Assembly (NCBI GenBank): GCA_965219455.1
Contig: OZ244744.1
Span: 5,312,001-5,376,000 of the forward strand
Direction: 5' to 3'
Length of the DNA stretch: 64,000 nt
DNA from: Candidatus Latescibacterota bacterium
GTDB taxonomy: Bacteria; Latescibacterota; UBA2968; GCA-2709665
A model generated the notes under the pieces. The model ran no database searches, was not told the DNA's origin, and worked only from the letters and a program-made list of their open reading frames with translations. This document shows positions 10,673 to 18,608 of this stretch, one piece after another. Made by a program: the position numbers and the translations under genes. Position 1 is the stretch's first letter, and each line of letters begins with the position of its first letter.

Positions 10673-11482
10673 CTATTTCAACAATAACATCCGCCTGGAG
10701 GCGGAGACATCGCCGGCCTGGATCCGATACAGATAGATGCCGCTGGCGACCCGCCTGCTCAGCTCGTCCGTGCCATCCCAGGTCGCCGTGAATGAACCGG
10801 CTTCCATCCGCTCGTCGACCAGCACGCGAACCTCCTGGCCCAGCAGGTTGTATATCGCCAGCCGCACCCGACCGGCGTCGGGCAACTGATATCCGATGAC
10901 GGTGGCGGGGTTAAAGGGATTCGGCATATTCTGATCCAGAGCAAACCGGTCGGGCAACGGCTTCAAATCGCCCACTTCAACGCGTGCCGCCGCGTCCAGC
11001 TTACCGTCCAGCCCCACCAGCACGCTCTCCGAGACCTGAAAATCAGCAGAAACCGGTGTGCCGCTCGTCCGGAAGACAAGCTCGACGAGCTTTCCCTCGC
11101 CGCTGGCGCCATGGCCATCCACTTTCACGGCGCCGATTTCCAGTTGGCCCGGCGTCCGGCTCGAAGACAGGAACAGCGTTTTCTGACCGGGAACCCCTTT
11201 GAGCAGATTAACCTCCAACTCCCTGGCGTCCAGGAACGCATACTTCACCGGATCGAACTGAAGCGAAAATCCGTATCCTTTGAGGTTTTTCGTCTGGGAC
11301 AACGAGACGTGGATCTTGAGCACGCCGCTCTCGGCCGCCGGGTCGTTTACGCGCTCGAGCGTGAGCGTTGCGAAGGCGTTCTGTCCTCCGGTAATGGACA
11401 ATCCACGCGTCAGTTCTCCAGCCGATGCGGCAGCGACCGTTGACAAGACCGCGCACATGGATACAACAAGCCGTTTCAGTAT
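10673..11482 (-). CDS. Secreted cohesin-domain protein with C-terminal FlgD-Ig/T9SS-like sorting domain
   Basis: LKGYGFSLQFDP cohesin motif; C-terminal FALDQNMPNPFNPAT...WDGTD...VASGIYLYRI...RRMLLLK. The start equivalent to the paralog's ATG is ATA (11480-11482); the next in-frame ATG is 11458. Confidence 0.85.
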   Translation of the reverse strand: MLKRLVVSMCAVLSTVAAASAGELTRGLSITGGQNAFATLTLERVNDPAAESGVLKIHVSLSQTKNLKGYGFSLQFDPVKYAFLDARELEVNLLKGVPGQKTLFLSSSRTPGQLEIGAVKVDGHGASGEGKLVELVFRTSGTPVSADFQVSESVLVGLDGKLDAAARVEVGDLKPLPDRFALDQNMPNPFNPATVIGYQLPDAGRVRLAIYNLLGQEVRVLVDERMEAGSFTATWDGTDELSRRVASGIYLYRIQAGDVSASRRMLLLK

Positions 11483-11665
11483 ATCATCCTCCCTGCGATA
11501 AAGTGGACCTGGGCGACAAGGGATGTCGGAGATGAATTCACAGTGAACCGCGACCTTGATTGCATTTGGCGCCTCGCTATTCCCGAGACGTGGCGAACGT
11601 GAACGTCTTTACAGAAGCACCGGCGAGGGTGGTCCGTGCAATGGAAATCGCTTGGTGGGTAACGC

Positions 11666-14600
11666 CTATTGCGAGCAATTCGGCCCTCCTTTGTCACTGA
11701 TTCCCTGTAGCCACGTCTGGAACGCCGTATCGAGCGGCGCACATAGCCCTCCTTCTCCCCCAAAGTGAAATATCTCCAGTTTCGTCAGGCTGGTAAGGCT
11801 CAGAGGAAGGGAACCACTCAACTGATTCTCGTTAAGATGCAGTTCAGTGAGATCTGTCAGGTTGCCCAATTCGACAGAAATCGTGCCACTTAACTGATTG
11901 CTCCAAAGAGATAGCGCCCTAAGGTTAGACAGGTTGCCCAATTCTGTTGGGATCCGACCACTCAAATTATTGTCTCCAAGATTCAGATCCGTAAGCTTGG
12001 AAAGGTTGCCCAACTCTGCTGGGATCGGACCTGTCAACTCATTTGCGACAAGATGCAGGACCTCAAGTTTGGGCAAGTTGCCCAATTCGACGGGTATCCC
12101 ACCGCCCAACCCATTTTTAGAAAGATGCAGGTCGGTGAGGTTTGTCAGATTGCCTAGTGACGCTGGTATACCCCCACTTAGTTGATTTTCGCCAAGACCC
12201 AGGAATTCGAGCTTGAAAAGGTTGCCCAATTCTGTTGGGATCGGACCACTCAAATTATTGTCGCCAAGATCCAGTTCCGTAAGATCGGACAGGTTGCCCA
12301 ATTCTGTTGGGATCGGACCTTTCAACTCATTTGCGATAATATGCAGAACCTCAAGTTTGAGCAAGTTGCCCAATTCCACGGGTATCCCACCGCTCAATTC
12401 ATTCTTGTACAGCCATAGGTGAGTAAGCTTGGAAAGGTTGCCCAATTCCACGGGAATTCGACCGCCCAACCCGTTTTGGGAAAGATGCAGGTGCGTGAGG
12501 TTTGTAAGATTGCTTAGTGACGCTGGTATACCCCCACTTAATTGATTGTCGCCAAGACCCAGGTAATCGAGCTTGGAAAGGTCGCCCAGTGCTACCGGGA
12601 TCGTTCCGCTCAACTGATTGAGTCTAAGGTCCAGAGTCAACAGGTTGGACAGATTCGCCAATTCGACGGGAATCGTACCACTCAACTCATTATCGTAAAG
12701 CCACAGGCGAGAAAGATTCGTCAGGTTGCCCAATTCCACGGGTATCTTTCCGCTTAACCCATTTTCGGGAAGATGCAGAGTCTCAAGGTTGGTCAGTTTG
12801 CCCAGTTCCACGGGCAGTTCACCCGTCAGATTATTATCTCTCATGTCCAGGTGTGTAACCCAACCGTTAGAAACCCCGACGCCATGCCACGTGGAAATGT
12901 CATTGTCTGACAGCCAGTTGGTGTTATTCGTCCAATTGTCTCCATCCGTCGCATTGTACAGCGCCACCAACGCCTCGCGCTGGGATTCCAGGGCGCAAGT
13001 CGGGCCGTTGGACTCTTTGATGCCCCGTAGCCAACGTTGAAAGGCTTCATCAGGCGGCGCGCACAGACCTGTGCCCTCGAAGAGAAATTTCTCCAGATTT
13101 TTCAGCCCTGTCAGGCTTTGAGGCAGCGTTCCCGCTAACGACGCGCTGTACTGGAACTCCAATATCTTGAGGTTTGTCAGGTTACCCAGTTCCACGGGAA
13201 CCGCCCCGTTCAGCTGTGTACTCCAGAGCTTCAGTTGTGTGAGTTTGGACAATCTCCCCAGTTCCACGGGAATCGAACCACTCAACGGATTGCCGCCAAG
13301 TACCAGTACGCTGAGGCTGTCCAGGCCACCCAGTTCCACAGGGATCGGACCGGTCAATTGATTGTCGTAAAGCCAGAGGTGTGTGAGGTTGGATAAGCTG
13401 CTTAATTCCACGGGAATCGAACCGGTCAACTGATTGTCGCCAAGATTTATGGCCCTGAGGTTTTCCAGGTTGCCCAATTCGGGTGGGATTGCACCGCTCA
13501 ACTGGTTAATGGAAAGATGCAGCCGTTCCAAGTTTTCCAGGTTGCCCAATTCGGGTGGGATTGCACCGCTCAACTGGTTAACGGTTAGATTCACCTGCTC
13601 CAGGTTTTCCAGGTTGCCCAATTCGGGTGGAATTGGGCCACTCAACTGATTGAAAAATAGATACAGCCGTTCCAGGTTTCCCAGGCTGCCCAATTCGGGT
13701 GGAATTGGACCGCTAAATTGCGTCTGGCTAAGATTCAGCTGCTCCAGGTTGGCCAGGTTGGACACTTCGGACGGTATCGAGCCGCTAAACCCTTTTCCGC
13801 CAAGTGAAAGGTGCGTCAACTTTGTCAGGTTGAACAATTCGGATGGTATCGAGCCAACCGATTGAATCCCCCGGAGGCTCAACCTCTCCAGATTGGTCAG
13901 GTTGCCCAATTTGGATGGTATGGGGCCAACCAACTGTTCCGAGCTAAGAAGCAGTGTCTCGAGGTTGGTCAGATTGCCCAATTCCGATGGTATCACGCCA
14001 CTCAGTTGATTGGAGGTTAGATACAGTCGCTTCAGGTTGGCCAGGTTGCCCAATTCCCGTGGAATCGGACCACTCAACTGACTGCCAAGGAACAGATTCT
14101 CCAGGTTGGTCAGGTTGCCCAATTCTGATGGTATCGTCCCACTCAACTGATTCTGATCAAGGCGCAGATACGTCAGGTTGGATAGTTTGGCCAACTCGAC
14201 TGGAATCGGCCCGCTCAACTCAGTCCGGACGACGTTGAGAATCGTAAGGGAAGCCAGATTACCTAACTCGATGGGTATCACTCCTCTCAACGCATTACCG
14301 TCGAGTTTCAGGCTGTCGAGGCTGGCCAGGCTGCCCAACTCGGGTGGGATCGGGCCGGTGAGATTGTTTCGGGACAGGCTTATCCCCGTGACCCGACCGT
14401 TCGCCGCGGTGACGCCGTGCCACGTATCGAGCGGGTTGTCCGTGAGCCAGTTGGTCTGGGTCGTCCAGTTGTCCCCGCCGGTTGCGTTGTAAAGCGCCAC
14501 CAGCACGTCACGGTCCGGCGCCGTGGGGGTGGGCGGCGCCACTTCTTGTCCGAATTGCCCGGCAAGTGCCAGGAAATCCGAAAATCCCACGGCCCCGTCT

Positions 14601-15280
14601 CCGTCCAGGTCAAACCTCGCGTCGTAAGTCCCATCACCCTCTTGCGACCCATAGTTGCCCGCGAATTGCACAAAGTCAGTAAACCCAACCGTACCATCCC
14701 CGTCAAAATCCGGCGAAGGCCCGGCCGGAACCGGTTGCAATTCAATATTGATATTCGGCATCACGGTTTCCTGTTGGCCGCCCCTGCCCAGCGTGGCTTC
14801 CACGAAACGGATCGTCGTGCCCGTGAACGTGGCTGACGTGCGAAACCGAACCGTGCCCACAAGGCCCGCTGACGCCGCGGCCCGACCGCCCATCGACGCA
14901 ATGCCCAACGTGACCGACGTCGGGTTCGTCCCGGTCTCCACCAGCACCTGGGCATTGGGAAACAGGTCGCCCGGGTCGGTACCGTCGTAGACGACCTGAC
15001 CCGCATCGTATACCAAACGAATGGACACGCCCTGCGCCTGGCTCACGTCGCTCGCGTAAACCTGGATGGAAACCGTCGTTTCAGGGGATACCTCCATCGC
15101 CGTGACCTCCTGGTCGCCGGCGGCGCCATCCACGTCCGCGGACAGTGAAAAACTGTTCTGTGACGAAAGAGACAGCGGGCTAAGCAAAAGGGCGATAAAT
15201 ATGATCGCACAGCCTGAGACAGGCGCGAAAATAAATTCCCCGTTCACGAAACATGTGAGACGATCTCGAAGCGCACGCAT
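11666..15280 (-). CDS. Secreted cohesin-like + dockerin/EF-hand + two-block plant-type LRR protein (paralog 2)
   Basis: Same architecture as 7182-10370 with 18+15 LRRs; SD AGGAG upstream of ATG 15280. Confidence 0.9.
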   Translation of the reverse strand: MRALRDRLTCFVNGEFIFAPVSGCAIIFIALLLSPLSLSSQNSFSLSADVDGAAGDQEVTAMEVSPETTVSIQVYASDVSQAQGVSIRLVYDAGQVVYDGTDPGDLFPNAQVLVETGTNPTSVTLGIASMGGRAAASAGLVGTVRFRTSATFTGTTIRFVEATLGRGGQQETVMPNINIELQPVPAGPSPDFDGDGTVGFTDFVQFAGNYGSQEGDGTYDARFDLDGDGAVGFSDFLALAGQFGQEVAPPTPTAPDRDVLVALYNATGGDNWTTQTNWLTDNPLDTWHGVTAANGRVTGISLSRNNLTGPIPPELGSLASLDSLKLDGNALRGVIPIELGNLASLTILNVVRTELSGPIPVELAKLSNLTYLRLDQNQLSGTIPSELGNLTNLENLFLGSQLSGPIPRELGNLANLKRLYLTSNQLSGVIPSELGNLTNLETLLLSSEQLVGPIPSKLGNLTNLERLSLRGIQSVGSIPSELFNLTKLTHLSLGGKGFSGSIPSEVSNLANLEQLNLSQTQFSGPIPPELGSLGNLERLYLFFNQLSGPIPPELGNLENLEQVNLTVNQLSGAIPPELGNLENLERLHLSINQLSGAIPPELGNLENLRAINLGDNQLTGSIPVELSSLSNLTHLWLYDNQLTGPIPVELGGLDSLSVLVLGGNPLSGSIPVELGRLSKLTQLKLWSTQLNGAVPVELGNLTNLKILEFQYSASLAGTLPQSLTGLKNLEKFLFEGTGLCAPPDEAFQRWLRGIKESNGPTCALESQREALVALYNATDGDNWTNNTNWLSDNDISTWHGVGVSNGWVTHLDMRDNNLTGELPVELGKLTNLETLHLPENGLSGKIPVELGNLTNLSRLWLYDNELSGTIPVELANLSNLLTLDLRLNQLSGTIPVALGDLSKLDYLGLGDNQLSGGIPASLSNLTNLTHLHLSQNGLGGRIPVELGNLSKLTHLWLYKNELSGGIPVELGNLLKLEVLHIIANELKGPIPTELGNLSDLTELDLGDNNLSGPIPTELGNLFKLEFLGLGENQLSGGIPASLGNLTNLTDLHLSKNGLGGGIPVELGNLPKLEVLHLVANELTGPIPAELGNLSKLTDLNLGDNNLSGRIPTELGNLSNLRALSLWSNQLSGTISVELGNLTDLTELHLNENQLSGSLPLSLTSLTKLEIFHFGGEGGLCAPLDTAFQTWLQGISDKGGPNCSQ

Positions 15281-15567
15281 GGTCTCCTACCTTTCTGATT
15301 TGACGCCTTCTGGTTGGTGGAAGAGACGATTTTGAATGGACGTAGTCAGACGGACACGAAACAGACCGGATATGAAAGTTGGAAGAATATTTAAATGAGT
15401 GCGCATGTTGCACTGACGCCGGGAGGCACTTGGGAAGTGATCTCTCAGAAATTCGCCCAGCGGGTTCTCGAGCGAACGCCATGGCGTATAGCGGGGTTCC
15501 TTGACCGCGACGAGGAATTCGATACGCCGGTTCGGTTCTCCGGATGCTCGATTCCGGTTCGCCACAA

Positions 15568-15596
15568 TTGACACCACGACACAGGTTCCATATATT
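15568..15596 (+). promoter_or_regulatory. sigma70-type promoter for candidate sRNA copy 1
   Basis: TTGACA (15568-15573), 17 bp, TATATT (15591-15596). Confidence 0.75.
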
Positions 15597-15602
15597 TACA
15601 GA

Positions 15603-15721
15603 TAGTGATGGCCGCATCCCGTCCCGTGGCGCTATATTGCCGGGGAACACGCGGGCTGTGGACCTTCTTGAATGACCGTCGGTTTTCGACTTTGCGCGTC
15701 AGGGAACCGGCGGTCTTTTTT
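15603..15721 (+). ncRNA. Candidate novel two-hairpin small RNA, copy 1
   Basis: Own promoter, a 5' stem with a compensatory pair versus copy 2, and a 3' hairpin GACCGTCGGTT...AACCGGCGGTC followed by T6. No ORF is conserved between copies. 5' end approximate. Confidence 0.6.
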
Positions 15722-15790
15722 GTGCTCGGGCTATCGCCTGGATGAGGGGTTCCGAATTGAACGGGTCGGATTTCTGACGCGTTCAGCCAC

Positions 15791-15828
15791 AATATAACAT
15801 AATAGTCGCAAATTGCAACTATTATGTT
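15791..15828 (-). promoter_or_regulatory. Leftward promoter overlapped by a 33-bp palindromic operator-like site, copy 1
   Basis: AACATAATAGT-cgcaaattgca-ACTATTATGTT (15796-15828); minus strand reads TTGCAA, 16 bp, TATATT with extended -10 TG. Confidence 0.6.
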
Positions 15829-15965
15829 TCTTTATAATTTTTACGGTTTTCTCTACTATTTCCGCAAATATATCCAAATTCGGCGGGGCTATACGTCGAT
15901 CTCTCCTCCATGTGCCCAACGGGATACTCTGCACCAGGGTTCAGAAGGTCGTGACAATGCCCACT

Positions 15966-16019
15966 GGAAACACGGTGGGACGGGTCACCCGGCCCACTCA
16001 TCAGCCGGGGGGAAACGGT
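15966..16019 (+). repeat. ~54-bp repeat containing a REP-like GTGG hairpin (second copy 17422-17475)
   Basis: GGAAACACGGTGGGACGGGTCACCCGGCCCACTCATCAGCCGGGGG versus GGAAGCACGGTGGGACGGGACGCCCGGCCCGCTGATCAGCTGGGGG. Confidence 0.7.
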
Positions 16020-16215
16020 TAATGATCGCGTATATGCGGCCATTGCAGGATCGGCCTGATGCGGCCGGCTGAGGATCGGTCTATTCGGGCTGCCTGGCGG
16101 CGCCGGTTTACGAGTTTCCGATAATTCTCGGGGATGCAATTGACTTTCTACGGCGATCCCGTATCTTGTTTATACGGAGCCGCCCCCTCTCTCCCAAGGC
16201 CGCAGGGCATCTTGC

Positions 16216-17133
16216 ATGGCAGAATTCGATGCGATCTCCAAACACCTGATTCAATCCTATCCCAACGACTTCGCCGGCTTCGCCCTCGGGCGAGAGGACG
16301 TTGAGGTCCTTGAAGTCATTGATACCGAGCAACTCACGGTATCGGCAAGCCGCGCCGACAGCCTCATTCGCGTCCGCATCGATGGCCGCGAGGTATTGGT
16401 CCACAACGAATTTCAAACGACCGACAGTACGAATCCGGACATGCCGCGACGCATGGCCGGTTATATCGGGCGCGCCATTGAACGTCATGGCGTGTCCGTC
16501 TACTCGAGCGTCATCTACTTGCGGCCCGATGCGGGCAAACGGGATCCGGGCCAATATCTTCAGTCGCATCCCGTGTACCGGGTGCACCTGCAGTACGGGG
16601 TGATTCGGCTGAGTGAACTGGATGGTCAAGAGATTCTCGATGCAGGACAGGCGGGGCTGATCGCCTTTGCTCCCCTGATGAGGCCTCCTGCTGGGATGGC
16701 TTCACGGGCATGGTTGCGCCACTGTATGCACACGGCTCATGCGCGGCCAATGGCTACGCCGGCAAAAGCCGACTACCTGGCCGGCATGTCGCTGCTCAGC
16801 GGGCTGGTGTACGCTCCGGAAACCATTTCTGATATTGTTTCGAAGGAGGGCATGATGGACCTCATACGCGAATCATCCTTTGCACAATACCTTACCCGGC
16901 AGGGCGTCGAGCAAGGGATCGAAAAAGGTATCGAACAAGGCGTTGAGCAAGGGCTCCGGGAGAGTATCCTCGCCGTACTGGAGACTCGATTCGATCTCCC
17001 TGCGTCGCATCCTCTTACTGCTCGCATTGAGACGATTGACAACGTCCAACGCCTTAAAGCGTTGCTTCGCACGGCGGTCAAGGTATCCAGTCCGGAGGAA
17101 TTCGGGCAATTGTTGGATCAGGAACGGCCCTGA
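16216..17133 (+). CDS. Rpn/YhgA-like PD-(D/E)xK nuclease (recombination-promoting nuclease family) with C-terminal EQG-repeat domain
   Basis: RADSLI...VHNEFQT...MPRRMAGY...SSVIYL motifs; QGVEQGIEKGIEQG repeats; promoter-like TTGACT-16-TATCTT at 16140-16167. Confidence 0.85.
   Translation: MAEFDAISKHLIQSYPNDFAGFALGREDVEVLEVIDTEQLTVSASRADSLIRVRIDGREVLVHNEFQTTDSTNPDMPRRMAGYIGRAIERHGVSVYSSVIYLRPDAGKRDPGQYLQSHPVYRVHLQYGVIRLSELDGQEILDAGQAGLIAFAPLMRPPAGMASRAWLRHCMHTAHARPMATPAKADYLAGMSLLSGLVYAPETISDIVSKEGMMDLIRESSFAQYLTRQGVEQGIEKGIEQGVEQGLRESILAVLETRFDLPASHPLTARIETIDNVQRLKALLRTAVKVSSPEEFGQLLDQERP
16855..17133 (+). CDS. Putative intragenic small protein (RpnS-like antitoxin), in frame within rpn
   Basis: Strong internal SD AAGGAGG (16843-16849) followed by in-frame ATG ATG (16852, 16855); 92 aa MDLIRESSFAQ...; matches the established Rpn internal-translation architecture. 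Confidence 0.65.
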   Translation: MDLIRESSFAQYLTRQGVEQGIEKGIEQGVEQGLRESILAVLETRFDLPASHPLTARIETIDNVQRLKALLRTAVKVSSPEEFGQLLDQERP

Positions 17134-17361
17134 TATCCATTCCTTGACGAAAAGCCGCTTCATCGTGCTGAAGAAGAACCGGGAAGAGATCCTCGTATCC
17201 ATCATCCTGCTCATCCGACTATCCTGAAAATCCTGATCCGGACAGTTTCCACCGCCACGGTCTCTTGCAGTCCTGGCAGCGCATACACCCTTTGATTTGC
17301 CTCCTCTTCCTGCTTGCTGGCGCCCGGACATGGTATTCTGAGCTTTCGATTTGATGAATGT

Positions 17362-17386
17362 GAGCAGACAAGAATGTCTGCTCCAC
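17362..17386 (-). repeat. REP-like palindrome (second copy 19565-19589)
   Basis: Minus strand GTGG-AGCAGACA-TTCT-TGTCTGCTC: GTRG tetranucleotide plus hairpin. Confidence 0.6.
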
Positions 17387-17603
17387 CTTTTCAAGTATTC
17401 CGACGATATCCTGTTCGGACCGGAAGCACGGTGGGACGGGACGCCCGGCCCGCTGATCAGCTGGGGGATAACGGTCGTGGACACGCGTGAGCGGCTCAGG
17501 CGTGGCGACGTGGAGACCACCGCCGAGACGATTTAGGGCAAAAAAACAGTGGTGGCGACACTCCGTGATCCCTTTCAGGGACGTCACCACCACTTCGAGC
17601 ACA

Positions 17604-17633
17604 CAAAAAAACGCCCAAGCGTTGAGCCCGGGC
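17604..17633 (-). terminator. Intrinsic terminator after the coiled-coil gene
   Basis: Minus strand GCCCGGGC-TCAAC-GCTTGGGC followed by G and a T-run. Confidence 0.7.
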
Positions 17634-17643
17634 TTCCTGTTTG

Positions 17644-18030
17644 TCACCTGCCCTGTTCTTCAAGAGCGGTAACCCTCCCGTCGAGATTCAACAGGGCATC
17701 CCTTATTGCCTCTTGTGCTTGGATTCGTGCTTTGTCAATCTCGATATCGACCTTGTCTGATTTCTCAAGAGTAGTGAGCCTTTTATTGAAACCCAGGAGC
17801 GCGCGCTTTATTCCCTCGTAGATATCCTTCTGCAGCCTGTCCAATCTCATGGACTGCTGAGCATCTTCCTCGAGCGTGCTGACCCGCTGCTCCAGCGAAT
17901 CCAACATGTCGAAGATCTCGGTATCGTGGTTGTCGGATTCCGACTCGGACGTACCTTACGTGAGCGCGATAAGCAGGCAGACAGCCACACAAGCCAGCAC
18001 GATGAACGTGAACAGATTCCTTCGCAACAT
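17644..18030 (-). pseudogene. Small secreted/anchored coiled-coil protein with an internal TAA
   Basis: SD GAGGAG then MLRRNLFTFIVLACVAVCLLIALT*GTSES..., continuing in frame into ORF 17644-17907. Stop at 17956-17958. Three R-h-x-x-h-E motifs. Confidence 0.7.
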
Positions 18031-18223
18031 CTATTGCTCCTCTCGCAATCAGTATGGAACGGGGTCGTACCCATTGTCGGATAGACCTTCTCGTATAGCG
18101 TCGCGCAGCCATTTCGACGATGCCTCCTTTATTGGCCCCGAACGTAAAACCAGGAATTGCCGCCGCTATGACACGCTGCAGATTCCCGGTACAGAGGTGG
18201 GTGGCATTTTAGGGATGGTTCGG

Positions 18224-18252
18224 TTGACATACGAGGGGAGTCTCGGTATCTT
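18224..18252 (+). promoter_or_regulatory. sigma70-type promoter for candidate sRNA copy 2
   Basis: TTGACA (18224-18229), 17 bp, TATCTT (18247-18252); spacer unrelated to copy 1. Confidence 0.75.
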
Positions 18253-18258
18253 TTAAAT

Positions 18259-18375
18259 AGATAGGCCGCATCCCATCCCCTGGCGCAATGGCGCTGTGGA
18301 ACACGTGGGCTGTGGACCTTTTTGGATGACCGTCGGTTTTCGACTTTGCGCGTCAGGGAACCGGCGGTCTTTTTT
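18259..18375 (+). ncRNA. Candidate novel two-hairpin small RNA, copy 2
   Basis: As copy 1; terminator hairpin 18328-18369 identical, plus T6. Confidence 0.6.
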
Positions 18376-18444
18376 GTGCTCGGGCTATCGCCTGGATGAC
18401 GGGTTTCGAATTGAACGGGTCGGATTTCTGACGCGTCCAGCAAC

Positions 18445-18482
18445 AATATAACATAATAGTTGCACATTGAAACTATTATGTT
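18445..18482 (-). promoter_or_regulatory. Palindromic operator-like site and leftward -10 box, copy 2
   Basis: AACATAATAGTT-gcacattga-AACTATTATGTT (18450-18482). Confidence 0.6.
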
Positions 18483-18608
18483 TTTTTATGTTTTTATCTA
18501 CTAATTCCGTACAATATATACAAATTCGGCGGGACTATACGTCGATCGCTCCTCCATGTGCCCAACGGGATACTCTGCACCAGGGTTCAGAAGGTCGTGA
18601 CAATGTCC

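Larger units (their letters stand above)
15609..17416 (+). repeat. Duplicated backbone module, copy 1 (sRNA, operator/promoter, rpn, repeat R)
   Basis: High identity to 18264-19619; copy 2 lacks ~15964-16577 and carries a MITE. Confidence 0.9.

Noticed and set aside
7182-14380. CRISPR array or diversity-generating retroelement suggested by 72-bp periodicity
   Set aside because: The periodicity is in-frame 24-aa LRR coding. I see no constant repeat/unique spacer pattern, cas genes, reverse transcriptase or adenine-specific TR/VR pair.
15660-15720. c-di-GMP-I riboswitch suggested by GCAAAG/GAAA on the minus strand
   Set aside because: Order and spacing of the GEMM elements do not fit; the segment is better explained as a + strand terminator hairpin.
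799-18030. Stop-codon reassignment (TAG/TAA read as sense) explaining three in-frame stops in island genes
   Set aside because: TAG and TAA end intact genes at natural C-termini in the same region (...RRMLLLK-TAG, ...PNCSQ-TAG, transposase TAA); nonsense decay is simpler.
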